DNA of 64,000 nucleotides from Oligoflexia bacterium (GTDB lineage Bacteria; Bdellovibrionota; UBA1018): assembly GCA_043732485.1 (NCBI GenBank), contig JAYTHP010000114.1, positions 10,006-74,005 of the forward strand, written 5' to 3'. The notes beneath the pieces are model-generated. The model was not told the origin of the DNA, searched no databases, and saw only the letters and a list, made by a program, of their open reading frames with translations. Both the position numbers and the translations under genes were made by a program. This document shows positions 43,086-53,740 of the stretch, piece after piece (the first letter of the stretch is position 1; every line of letters starts with the position of its first letter).

Positions 43086-43571
43086 AGATACTTTTAAGCA
43101 TAGCATAACTTTTAATATTAAATAAAATATATTAAATATATAAAAACCAACCCTTCCACTCAAGCTTTCTGGCGCCCGCACTTTTTTGCCGCCCGCCTAT
43201 TCGCTCACCTCTCTCAGCGCCACCCGCAGCAGCTGCCTTGCAGTCACTACCACCCACCGGATTTCGACGCCCGCCCGCATGTCCCCATCCCTCCGTCTCC
43301 TGGGCAAGTCTGCTCCGTCCGTCCCCTACCCTCCTTTTTTTTTCGAAAAAGCGATCTGAGGCTGCGATCTTGGAAGCGGCGAGTTGACAGACGAACAAAA
43401 AAAAACTACCTTGATAGAAGGTGGAGCAAAAAAACAGAAGGTTTTAGGGGGCGGTGCCGGCTGACGCTGGCGAGCTTGCAAAGTAGAGCGCCTAGGTCCG
43501 GTCGTTTTCTTTGCCAAGCGCAAAAATCCAGGGCTTTAGCCCGGGTCTTCAAACAAGGAGCCGATCCGATC

Positions 43572-44993
43572 GTGAGCGTTTCTTCCTCTCAAGCAGCAGC
43601 CGGTGCAGCAGGCGCTTCCTCCACCTCCGCTACCCAGCACCATCCCCACCCACTTTCTCAAAAAAGCTTTCGCTCCCGAGGAGCTAGTGCGCTCGCAACG
43701 ACACTCTCGCCCGCAGTAGCCGCTTCCTCTTCTTCTCCCTTAGTACGCCTACAAGTCCTTGAAAAAAAAGCTGATTTTTCTCATAGCGCTGCCAACCCCT
43801 TGACAAACAACCCTCACAGCTTGCTCAAGCCCGGGCTATTTTTAGGCGGTTACTTGGCCTGGGTTTTTGCTTTTAAGTTACTCATTTTATCCTTAATGAC
43901 CTACGGCAGCATGACCAGCTCCGCAGGCGACCACCAACTGCAGGAAATCAGTGAGCTTTACGAGAGTAATGAAATTGGGGTGATGGCACTAGCGACGCTT
44001 ACTTTTTTAGGGTTTCTAGGCAGTCTTGGCCCCTTGTCCCAAACCAGGCTTTCCGGAGTTTTTCCGCGCGAGGAGATGGAGCAGTATTTTTTGCCGGGCT
44101 TGTTAAAAGGAGTGCTACTCGGGCTGAGTTTCGTGGCTTTATTTTTATGCGTCGGGATTTACGGTTACTTTGGCCCCTCAAGCTCCCTGGAGGAGGCGCC
44201 GCTGACGCTTGCTAACACCATTTTACGGATGATCGCGCTTTTTGGCTGGGTCATGGGGCAAGCGTTTATCTTTCGCAAGAAAATCCTCCCCCCCCTGCTT
44301 GAGCACACCTCCCCCAAGGTGGCTGCCCATGGCATCGCTCTGCTGGCTACCCTGGTCCAGTGCCTGCACTTTAATTTAAGCTGGATGCACTTTATCAATC
44401 TTTACTTATTGAATTTAAGCCCGCTGTTACTCACACCCTCGCCGCTGGCGCCGACTTTGCAAGCCAAGCGATTGCAAAACGCTCCCTCTTTAGCCGCTGG
44501 TTTAGCCGCTGGCCCGACTTTTATTCCTGGCGCCGCTTTTTTATCAGGGCTACTGATCGTTTTGCATCCGGTTTTTAGCTTGCCGATCCTGGGGAATGAT
44601 TTTTCAGGCCTCCTTTTAGTCAAATATCAGCCAGAATGGACGACGCATCTCCTAGCGCTTTACCCTCATGGGCAGGGGTGGCTGCGTTATATCCACGGTG
44701 GCATGGGAGGACCGCTTGCTAGCCTCGCTTTGAGCCTCTTGCTGACGGCCTGGCTTGTCCTGAGGGCCCTGAAAGTCTCACTTTGGCAAGCGTATCATCG
44801 CCGTAACGCCCGACGGCAGCAGGCCCGACGCCACCAGAACCGCCTGACGCTTGCTGACCCCGCTCATACCCCGCTCCTGCTGGTTCCAAAACCCTTAGTG
44901 GCCGCAAGCGCCGTGCCGCTGCCCCTTAAACGCCCCTCACCTCCCACGGGCGCACTCCCAAAATCTAAACCCCAAACCCAAAGGAAACCCTAA
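43572..44993 (+). CDS. multi-pass membrane protein, CPBP/CAAX-protease-like
   Basis: Many TM segments. GQAFIFR sits at the EExxFR position. Start uncertain. Confidence 0.55.
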   Translation: MSVSSSQAAAGAAGASSTSATQHHPHPLSQKSFRSRGASALATTLSPAVAASSSSPLVRLQVLEKKADFSHSAANPLTNNPHSLLKPGLFLGGYLAWVFAFKLLILSLMTYGSMTSSAGDHQLQEISELYESNEIGVMALATLTFLGFLGSLGPLSQTRLSGVFPREEMEQYFLPGLLKGVLLGLSFVALFLCVGIYGYFGPSSSLEEAPLTLANTILRMIALFGWVMGQAFIFRKKILPPLLEHTSPKVAAHGIALLATLVQCLHFNLSWMHFINLYLLNLSPLLLTPSPLAPTLQAKRLQNAPSLAAGLAAGPTFIPGAAFLSGLLIVLHPVFSLPILGNDFSGLLLVKYQPEWTTHLLALYPHGQGWLRYIHGGMGGPLASLALSLLLTAWLVLRALKVSLWQAYHRRNARRQQARRHQNRLTLADPAHTPLLLVPKPLVAASAVPLPLKRPSPPTGALPKSKPQTQRKP

Positions 44994-44996
44994 CTC

Positions 44997-45758
44997 ATGA
45001 ATCCCCTTGCTGCAGCCCCGCTTCAAACCTTCGATCTTCTCCTCCATGCAGGCTTTATGGCTTACCTGGTGCTGGCGTTACTCTTGATTGCCTCCATCGG
45101 CTGCTGGGCCATCTTTCTTGGGCAAAGCAAGCTACTGAAGACCGCTCGCACCCAAAATGACGCTTTTTTGCGAGTCTTTCAGCAGGCTCAGACGTTAGAA
45201 GAGATTGTTTTAAAACTGCACCAGTTCCCGGACTCCCCGGTGGCTGCGATCTTCAAGAACGCGGTGCTGGATCTTCGTAAAATGGCTCCCGAACCGGACG
45301 AACCCTTTGCCGCACTCGAGCCCGACACCTTAGAGCATCTCAACCGCACCTTGGCGCGGTTTACCCAAATTGAGATGGCCCCTTTTGAGCGCTATTTGCC
45401 TTGGCTAGCGAGCACGGCGTCGGTAGCGCCGTTTATTGGCCTTTTTGGCACGGTTTGGGGTATTATGACCTCCTTTCAAACGATCGGCGCTACGGGGAGC
45501 GCCAATTTGGCGGTCGTAGCACCCGGCATTTCTGAGGCGCTCATCACGACTGCGGCAGGGATTGCCACCGCTATTCCGGCGGTGCTGTTTTATAACCACC
45601 TGAGTGGCGCACTCAAGACGATGGGCTTAACGCTTGAGGGTTTTCATCAAGACTTCATCCAAAGTCTCTCACGCCAAATCTTGATTGCGCAATTTGCGCC
45701 TGCCAGAGTGGACGAGGGTGACTCGCCCCGCAGCCACAGCAAACATCCGACGAAATAG
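44997..45758 (+). CDS. tolQ: TolQ (MotA/TolQ/ExbB)
   Basis: APFIGLFGTVWGIM, VAPGISEALITTAAG. Confidence 0.93.
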   Translation: MNPLAAAPLQTFDLLLHAGFMAYLVLALLLIASIGCWAIFLGQSKLLKTARTQNDAFLRVFQQAQTLEEIVLKLHQFPDSPVAAIFKNAVLDLRKMAPEPDEPFAALEPDTLEHLNRTLARFTQIEMAPFERYLPWLASTASVAPFIGLFGTVWGIMTSFQTIGATGSANLAVVAPGISEALITTAAGIATAIPAVLFYNHLSGALKTMGLTLEGFHQDFIQSLSRQILIAQFAPARVDEGDSPRSHSKHPTK

Positions 45759-45835
45759 CGCGCCCAGGCAGAGAGTCATGATCGCGCCCGCAAAAAAGAC
45801 CAAGACCTAGCAAAAAATGAAAAGGAGTGCTTCTT

Positions 45836-46279
45836 GTGGCTCATCTCAAATTGAACAGCCGTTACGCCACCTCAGGATATTTAGCAGAAATGAACGTCAC
45901 CCCGATGGTCGACGTCATGCTGGTTTTACTGATCGTTTTCATGATCTCAGCCCCCCTGATGCAACAGGGCATGAAGGTCGATTTACCCAAAGCAAAAGGC
46001 GATGCGCTGAGCGCCAAGGAACCGCCCCTGATTTTAACTGTGCAGGCCTCCCGAAAAATGTTACTCGGCAAAAAAGTGATTGCCCCAGGCACCCTGATTG
46101 CCACCCTAGCGGCGCTCGTGAAAGAAAAGCCGGGACTAGAAATCGTCATTGAAGCCGACCACAAACTCAACTACGGCGTGCTGGCTGAGATCATGAGCGA
46201 GATTAAGACCGCAGGCATCCAGCACTTGGGACTGGTCACTGAGCCTCCCCCCCCCACCTTGAGGCCGCAACCCTCATGA
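45836..46279 (+). CDS. tolR: TolR (ExbD/TolR)
   Basis: EMNVTPMVDVMLVLLIVFMISAP. AAGGAG upstream of GTG 45836. Confidence 0.92.
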   Translation: MAHLKLNSRYATSGYLAEMNVTPMVDVMLVLLIVFMISAPLMQQGMKVDLPKAKGDALSAKEPPLILTVQASRKMLLGKKVIAPGTLIATLAALVKEKPGLEIVIEADHKLNYGVLAEIMSEIKTAGIQHLGLVTEPPPPTLRPQPS

Positions 46280-47040
46280 AGCGATCCGCCGCAAACTCGC
46301 ACCTGACGACGAAGCCTACTTCCCCTCCTCTCAATTTCCAAGCCTCAGCCCTCGGGCATGGCCTCGGATTACTGACTTTCTTGCTCCTCGATTATTGGGG
46401 CTGGGACGGCAATCGGCGCGTGCTAGCCCCAGTCACCTTGCGAGTGGATCTCGTTGGGCTTCCCCGCCAAATCAAACCTGACGTCGATGCTCCCAAACCG
46501 GTTCCCACCCCTGAACTCACGCCACCGCCTCCTACTCAGACTACCCCGCCCCCGCCAGCCCTGCCTTTCAAGACTGCTCCTGACCCGACGACGACGACAA
46601 CGGAAGAAGGCCTAAGCCGGGCTGAGCGCAACCTCAATCGCCTGAAACGCTTCCAAGCCCTTGAGACTTTAGAGACGGCGGCCGCGAAAGAAAAAAAGCC
46701 CCCAGCCCCACTCTTTGGCAACCAACAATCCCCCGGGCGCAGCGTGGCTGGCAACGCGAAAGAACACTCCGAAGTGCCCTACCCAGAGATGATCAGACAG
46801 CGCCTGCAAGAATATTGGCGCCTCCCGCGCTGGTTGCACGACTCGAAGCTCAACGCTCAAATTCGTCTATTTATTGCAGCCGACGGCGACTTACTGCGGT
46901 TTGAGTTCTTGAAAAGCTCGGGTCACCCTCAATTTGATCAAGCCGTGCAAAAAACCGTGCAAGAGGCCGCACCCTTTCCGCTGCCGCCGCAACGCGAAAC
47001 CCCCCACACCATGACCCTGGACTTTGGCTTTCCGTTGTAA
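46276..47040 (+). CDS. tolA: TolA/TonB family protein
   Basis: TM segment with S..H, Pro-rich linker, KSSGHPQFDQAVQKTV..AAPFP. Confidence 0.8.
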   Translation: MKRSAANSHLTTKPTSPPLNFQASALGHGLGLLTFLLLDYWGWDGNRRVLAPVTLRVDLVGLPRQIKPDVDAPKPVPTPELTPPPPTQTTPPPPALPFKTAPDPTTTTTEEGLSRAERNLNRLKRFQALETLETAAAKEKKPPAPLFGNQQSPGRSVAGNAKEHSEVPYPEMIRQRLQEYWRLPRWLHDSKLNAQIRLFIAADGDLLRFEFLKSSGHPQFDQAVQKTVQEAAPFPLPPQRETPHTMTLDFGFPL

Positions 47041-47068
47041 GCCATCCGCGTCACGGCTGATGCCCCCC

Positions 47069-48238
47069 CTACCCCACCAGTTCTCCCGACTACAGCAGCT
47101 GTAAAAACTCTCTAACTGGCAAAACCGTGATCCCCTCCCACTCCTGGCGCCGCTCACCGCCGTAAATCCCCAGAGCCCGAACCCGTTTTGGCCGCATTTC
47201 CGCTTGAAAACGCTTTAATCCGCGGTTAAAGCCGGCCTGCCAATGGGCGGCAGACTTGATCTCAAACGCACACTATCCTTGCGCAGTTTCCAGCACCACG
47301 TCAGCTTCAACGCCGTCAGCTGAACTCCAAAATGCCAAGCCATCGTAAAGAGATCGGTAGGCAAGGTAAGCTCTGAGCTCATGCAAAAGAAAAGTTTCTA
47401 ACAGAAAGCCTCTCTCTGCCTCCTCAACCGATAGACGCACGCGCCCCTGAAACGCCCGCACCATTCCGGCATCAACGACAGAGAACTTCGGATGAGCCAG
47501 CTGTTTGGTTGCCCCTCGTAACTTCCAGGCAGACAACCAGAAGCCCAACAGGGTATCCACAAGGATATCAAAGTAGCCTTGGACGGTTTGTCTTGCCACT
47601 TGTGCATCGCGAGCGATAGCGGCAACACTAGTGATCTGGCCATTTTGTCTTGCTGCCACGTCTAGAAACCTTAAAAAAACCCCAAGGTTGCAAGTCAAAG
47701 CTTCAGCCTGAAACTCCTCCCGCAAATACAGATCAACCTAACTTGCAAGGAAAGCATGCGGATCAGCGCCAAAAAAAGCCGACGGCAACATGCTTTGCGT
47801 GTAGGGCTGCTCGTGAGCCCAGTGGCAGCCGACCTCAGGCGAAACCAGCGAAAAAAACCGCTTCAACGCCGCTCGCCCTCCCACAGTAAATTGCTGCCAG
47901 GGCGCTTCAGCTTCTGAAAACTTCAGCTGATAAGCACAAAAGTAAGTGATGGTCCACCATTAAACGCTGAACTTCATTGAGCAAATCAGGCACCCGCTGG
48001 ATTTCATCCACAACGACCCCAGACTGCGGAGCAAGCGCCTTTAGCTCCTAATAAAAAACCGAGGAGTAACGGTTCAAACGCAAGACTTCCGAGAAGTTGC
48101 GTAGGTCATAGTGGCGTGAGGCTGAGCTGCTTGCTGCGAAGACCTGCCCCCTCCAGGTGGTCTTTCCCGCAGCCCGCGGGCCCACCGGGAAAAAGCTAGT
48201 TTCAGGTTGCTCAAAAGTTCGTCTGATCGCGAGGACAT
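47069..48238 (-). pseudogene. AAA-14 ATPase / DUF4143 protein pseudogene 1
   Basis: SFFPVGPRAAGKTTW, VVVDEIQRVPDLLNEVQ, YFDILVDTLLG, EADVVL, FEIKS spread over several frames with stops. Confidence 0.85.
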
Positions 48239-48457
48239 ATTGACCGGCAATCTGCCAGGAACCCTAGCATTCTTTAGCTAATCCCCCGATTAGATTGGAA
48301 AACCGCTCGTGCCGACATCCTAGGCACAGGTCTCAGTACTGACAAGAGCCACGTCCGCAGCCCGATCATCGTGACTATCAGGAGCCTGCCCCAGCCCATT
48401 CTTGAGAAAGGCAGTTCAAGTTAGCGTGTGCCCTTGGCATAAGGCAGGTGGCGCACT

Positions 48458-48651
48458 AGCCTGTCGAAATGGATGATTTAACACGGTCTCGCCTAAGACC
48501 CGTGAAGGAAGGGGGGACTAATTTTACGTTAAAAGAGTCGGGTATTGTTTTTGGCCCCTCTGGACATCGCCGCTCCCTTCAGTTCAATGAGGCTGTAGCA
48601 GCGCAAAAAGGACCCCGGTAGATTTATTTATTAAATTTATTTCGACAGGCT
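48458..48651. mobile_element. possible MITE / internally deleted IS relic
   Basis: 13-bp perfect terminal inverted repeats AGCCTGTCGAAAT ... ATTTCGACAGGCT. No transposase and no clear target duplication. Confidence 0.35.
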
Positions 48652-48987
48652 CGAAGCGTTGTCCCTAAGATTTAAGTTGGCAAAATGGCCGGCGAAAAGA
48701 GCCCATGGCGAATGCTGGACTGTTTCAGTTTACTGTTTCGGTTTTATGATGTTCTGCTGAAAGACGGCAAAAAACAACAACTCGTGCTGAATCCACGGCG
48801 GGGCCTAAGATTGAGTCCAGTCAGGGTCCCTGGTCCAGCCTCAGCGCCCCCCCATGCTACCCCCTGGGAGAAGATAAAATTAGGCTCCTGTTGGAGCCGG
48901 CAAAATGCCCAGATCTCAGTGCCGTGTGGTGATCACTGACACCTCCTGGCCTATCGCTGAGGTCCCGCTCAATTGCAAAGCACTCGC

Positions 48988-50134
48988 TTAGGTCCAATCA
49001 AACAACTTGGGGTCAGGCTGACACAGGCGAGGGCGCGCAAAAGACTTCAAATCCTCCAGGACGCTCACCACGCGCACCCCCTTTTGATCAAACGATCGCA
49101 GACCCTCTGGCGCACCGACGATTTAGGTGGCAAAAAGAGGCTGTAACTTTTTTTGATAGCAGAGGATCGCAGGGCTGATCGCTTGCTTGCTCCCTTTGAC
49201 TTCAATCAACTTCACGGCCTTCCTTATCCCGCAGATAACGTAATTCGTAACGAAAAACATCACGGTCCTGCGAAAAATATATCCACTTTTAACAAGTGGG
49301 TGGCCACTAAATGTTCATAGCAGGCGCTTAGGTCTCCTGCGACATCGGCATTGTCAAAAAAATAAACTTTAGGAGGCTTCATCACAGCCCGAGGCAGGTC
49401 GTTAGAATAGGGATAGACTAAAAAAATCAAGTACATACGCTCTAATGCCTCCAACCCATGTTTCACCGTCGGTTGAGAAACGTGCAGATCTTCCGCTAGC
49501 TTTTTAACCACCACCGGCCCACCCACCCGGGCACGAAGTAGAGGAACCAAAAGGTCTAACGTCCTCAGGTCTCGAAGGCTTTCTAAATCTGGAATATCAT
49601 TACCGAATGACGCGGTCGAGTCGTTCGGCCCGCCACCGCCTCACTTTATCCTCACTGCCACTCAGGAAAGCCCCCCACGCTCAGCAGCCGCCCGTAAGCT
49701 TTTTTTTCTGAGAGGGTTTCCGACAGATTCAAGGGAAGCTCCGACAAAGTAAAGGGGTGCAATCGCCAATAAAGGTAGCGCCCGAGCATAGAATCCCCAC
49801 CACGCCGGTAAACGGCCATCCTAGCGCTGCCTGTCACGAGAAAGGTATGCCGTGCATGTTAGGTATCGTACAATCCTTTTAGCCGTTTTTTCCAGCGCTT
49901 GAATTTATGCAACTCATCAAAAATAATCAGCCGATCACTCACCTTCCAGTCTCTTTTTAAGATTTTATTTTTTTTCAGCTCGTCATCCCAATTAAAATAC
50001 ACCGCTGATGAAAAATCCTGCATCAAACTTTTCGCTAAAGTGGTCTTCCCGCATTGCCTGGAAGCACTCATAAAAACCATCCTCTTTTCAAGGTCTTTTT
50101 TAATAAAGGGAGTGATTGCTCTCATCTGACCCAT
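48988..50134 (-). pseudogene. AAA-14 ATPase / DUF4143 protein pseudogene 2
   Basis: RQCGKTTL, IIFDELHK, TGSAR, GDSMLGRY, GGFPE, KVYFFD, LIEVK in fragmented ORFs. Confidence 0.87.
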
Positions 50135-50192
50135 ATAAAGCGTTACTTTCCTTGAGTCTTGACTCAAGGAAAGTAACGCTTTATATGGGTCA
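50127..50192. repeat. perfect inverted repeat, 32-bp arms, 2-nt loop
   Basis: TGACCCATATAAAGCGTTACTTTCCTTGAGTC-TT-GACTCAAGGAAAGTAACGCTTTATATGGGTCA. Confidence 0.97.
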
Positions 50193-50304
50193 CCGACTGG
50201 TTTCAGGCGGGGCTTTCACTCTGAGCGGGAGGTGTCTTGCCAGTGGAAGTAGCGGCGGGGTCCAGAGGGGTCAAAAACAATACCCGACCCAATGAGTAAA
50301 AAAA

Positions 50305-51200
50305 TTAGATCCTGTCTTCAAGATTCTCAGAAGGGACCGCTGACACCGCGTTCATACGTCCGTTGCAACAGCCTTGGTGCGCACCTCTTGCGAAAAAAAC
50401 CACCCGCTCTCGTTGCAGGCAAAAGAGCTCAATTGGCGCAAGCTGCCTCCCGAGCGGGGGTGATGTCATTCGTGACCAACAGCCGTAGTGTTTGCTGTGC
50501 ACTGCTGTCTTTTTGTATGATCACGGATCGCCTCCGTTACAAAGCTCGCCAAAATAGCTCGATTAGCCAGCACCGCACACTCCCCCTTCCCGCCCGGGTC
50601 ATGATTTTGTGTCAATTTTGGGTCACTAATTTCGGTCGTGAGTAGCAAAAATGACCCATCCCGCCACCCCTATCGAGAAAAGTGTCATCCCAAGTGCTGT
50701 CCATCACCAATCCATCCGGGCAGTTTTTCCTCTGTGGGTTCAAAACGACCCCATGCCATAGAAAACCAACGCGCCCGGCCCTTCCCCGGAGCAGACCCAC
50801 ATCAAATACCAGGATTCTCCCTCTTACGTGGCACACAACGACTCACGCCTAGCAATGGTTGAGACCTGAACCGATTGCACGGCGCCACTGAGACAACGCT
50901 TAGCATCACTGCGCTCAAAAATTGATTGCTGCGGCCTAAGGAGGCGTTGAATTAACCCGCCCCCAACAACCCTTCCATCTCTGCACGGGATTGCCCATGC
51001 CTGCTGGCGTGAAGCGAAAACCGCTCATTGCAGGACCACAGCCCCGCAGCGGCAGGAGAAAGGGGAGGAGCACTCCTCTATCTCACGGTTATTGCTAACA
51101 GTTGCTCTAACGATTGCTAAAGATTGCTGAGTCTGCCTTCGCTATTGATGATTCATTTTTGATTGTCACACAAGCTCCCTAAGCACCTAATTTAGCTTCA
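50305..51200 (-). pseudogene. heavily eroded RI-type LRR gene relic
   Basis: Frame-hopping fragments LLVTNDITPLGRQLA, KLTQNHDPGGKGECAVLA and SLCDNQ..NSEG. Confidence 0.4.
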
Positions 51201-51755
51201 GCTCAGAACTTTTGGCTGGCTCACCTTGATCGTCACCGCACACCCCCCTCAGCGTTCCTGAAGCGTGACTCCGTGGCTCGATGATCCGCAGGCGTCAAAT
51301 TCTCAACACTCTATTAGGATGCAGGCGTAATGGGTCTTGCCCTGATTGTTTTGAAGCTTAGCGCCCCCCACCTTGCCCCAAAAAAAAGGTGAGCGCGCGC
51401 AAAAAAAGACGTCACCCTTTGGGCTTTTTTCAGGTTAAGATTCTTTAGTGGTTGAGAGACTCGCGCGACTCTCTTAACCACGAGCCCCCCCCTCTCTGGC
51501 TTCGGCTGTCTCAAGGCTTTAAGCGGTGAGCGACCCACGCAGCTAAGCTCACCTCTTTTTTTTCTGAAGTCAAGGATGGAGCTTGCAGCGGGGTGGAGTG
51601 TGGGAGGGATTTTTTTAAGCTTGACACCAGACAATACGAAAAACACCTCCATTCATGCTGAATCACGCTCATCAGGAGCACAAGCCCCGCTCCCACGTAA
51701 GACCAAAAATGACCTCAACAAACGCGTTATTTTTCATCTAAAAAAGGAAAAAACT

Positions 51756-53357
51756 ATGCCGCTGCAACCTTTGAACTGCGAAACGTCCCCACCGCTTGAC
51801 GCCTTAAGTTGCGCCGCCAACGCTACCGCCGCTACCGCGCTGACCACTCACGTACCCCTGTCCATAGCCAGCACCCGCCGCTCGCCTCGATTGCCTCGGC
51901 TTACGGCGCCAGTTGCGCTCCCTCAGTGCGTGCTTTTGCTGACGCTTGCCCTGAGCCTGAACCCTTGGCACAGCGTTGCTGACGCCGTGCCCTACTTACC
52001 GGTGGGAGCCGCGCGTGCCAAAAAACCGCTGCTGTCATTTCCCCGCGTCCAGGCGGCTGAGGGGCAACCCCAGCGAGCGTTGGCCCTGCCGCTAGCAGAA
52101 AGCCTTGACCAAACTCTCCGCAATGATCTGGTTTTTATTGATCTTTTTAAGCTAACGGAAGAGCGCCCAGCGATGACGGCAGCAAGCGCCCTCAGCTTAC
52201 CTGCACTCTCAAGTCAGGATGTGAGCGACGATCCCTTGTTACCGCCAACTACCACCCAGAGAACGACCTCCTCCGGAGGAGGGGTCAAGAGTCCGCAAAC
52301 CCCCGAAATTGACTTTGCAATCCAGACGTCTCTCAGCATGGTGACCTCCGTGCCGCCACCCCCAACGCCGACGGTGAGCGTGGATCTCACCGTGACGGAT
52401 GAAATGGCGCACTCCGTGGCGCTCAAGCGCACTTACGTGGCAAAACTAGGGGACGTCAAAAACCTGGCCCACACCTTAGGCAATGATATCCTGACCGCTT
52501 TAACCGGTACGCCAGGGATTTTTCACACGAAAATCAGTATGAGCTGCAGTAAAAACGGCAAAAAAGAGATCTATTGGATGAACTTTGATGGCAGCCACGT
52601 CGAGCAAATTAGCCATCATCACTCTTTGGCTTTAGCGCCTGCCTGGAGCCCCAACGGGCAACACTTAGCTTACTCGCTGTACACTCAGCACGCGAATCAA
52701 AGTAAAAACCTCGACCTTTACGAGTTTAACCTCGCAAACAACACCCTCCGCGTACTCTCGCACCAGCGCGGCATTAATAGCGGCGCTGCCTACTCGCCAG
52801 ACGGAAAAACCCTAGCCTTGACGCTCAGTTACCAAGGAAACCCTGAAGTATATCTCATGAACCTAGCGACCCATGCGCTCACGCCAGTCACGCATTCTTT
52901 TGGCGTTAGCGTCGATCCGGCCTGGAGCCCTGACGGTCAAGAACTCTATTATGTCTCCTCGCAATCAGGCTCCCCAATGATCTACAAAGTCCGTTTGCGA
53001 GAGAAAACCCCGCCCGAGCGACTCACCTACGCTGGCAGCTATAACGCTACCCCCAACGTCTCCCCCAAGGGCGACAAGGTGATCTTTGCGGGCTGGCTTG
53101 ACAAATTCTTCGATCTCTTTATGATGAACCCGGACGGTACTCACATCGAGCGCCTTACCGCTGACGCCGGGAGCAATGAAGACCCTGGTTTTAGCCCAGA
53201 CGGTAACCTGATTGTGTTTAGCTCGAATCGCTCAGGCAATCGCAACATTTACGTGATGAACCGGGATGGCAGCTTTGTCCGAAGACTCACCTATGGCATG
53301 GGAGATTGCGCTTCCCCCAAGTGGTCGCCGCCCCTTCCCGCAGGAGAACTTCCATGA
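51756..53357 (+). CDS. tolB: Tol-Pal beta-propeller protein TolB
   Basis: LTGTPGIFHTKI and PD40 repeats PAWSPNG, AAYSPDG, PAWSPDG, PGFSPDG, PKWSP. Confidence 0.9.
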   Translation: MPLQPLNCETSPPLDALSCAANATAATALTTHVPLSIASTRRSPRLPRLTAPVALPQCVLLLTLALSLNPWHSVADAVPYLPVGAARAKKPLLSFPRVQAAEGQPQRALALPLAESLDQTLRNDLVFIDLFKLTEERPAMTAASALSLPALSSQDVSDDPLLPPTTTQRTTSSGGGVKSPQTPEIDFAIQTSLSMVTSVPPPPTPTVSVDLTVTDEMAHSVALKRTYVAKLGDVKNLAHTLGNDILTALTGTPGIFHTKISMSCSKNGKKEIYWMNFDGSHVEQISHHHSLALAPAWSPNGQHLAYSLYTQHANQSKNLDLYEFNLANNTLRVLSHQRGINSGAAYSPDGKTLALTLSYQGNPEVYLMNLATHALTPVTHSFGVSVDPAWSPDGQELYYVSSQSGSPMIYKVRLREKTPPERLTYAGSYNATPNVSPKGDKVIFAGWLDKFFDLFMMNPDGTHIERLTADAGSNEDPGFSPDGNLIVFSSNRSGNRNIYVMNRDGSFVRRLTYGMGDCASPKWSPPLPAGELP

Positions 53358-53740
53358 GACTGCAAAACCCCCATCTACCGCTTATCCACTCAACACCAAC
53401 GGCGACCATGACAACGCCACACCCAGCCTCCGCCACCGAGATTGATGAAAGACTGCGCAGGCGCTATCTGGATCGCTTGGAGCTCAGGGTCAAACGCCTG
53501 AGAAAGCTGCTGGTGGAGCGCGCCTGGGAAGAGTTGCGCTTAGAGTGCTGTCAAATTTCCCACAGCGCCGAGTCCTTTGGCTTCTCCTCCTTAACGGCGC
53601 TCGCCTTCGTGGCACAATCCGCCATTCCGGCAGGCAGAATTCTCAAGGCCGCCACCCCCTTGCACGCTAAGGCAACCACCGAGACGCTGATTGCCTGCAT
53701 CGATCAAATCTTGATCGAATACAAGGCTTCCCCAGTTTAA
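53354..53740 (+). CDS. Hpt-like four-helix protein
   Basis: LRRRYLDRL...WEELRLECCQISHSAESFGFSSL resembles the Hpt pattern. Confidence 0.5.
   Translation: MRLQNPHLPLIHSTPTATMTTPHPASATEIDERLRRRYLDRLELRVKRLRKLLVERAWEELRLECCQISHSAESFGFSSLTALAFVAQSAIPAGRILKAATPLHAKATTETLIACIDQILIEYKASPV

Noticed and set aside
47069..50134. Active anti-phage defence system
   Set aside because: Both ATPase genes are broken by many lesions and no partner effector is recognisable.
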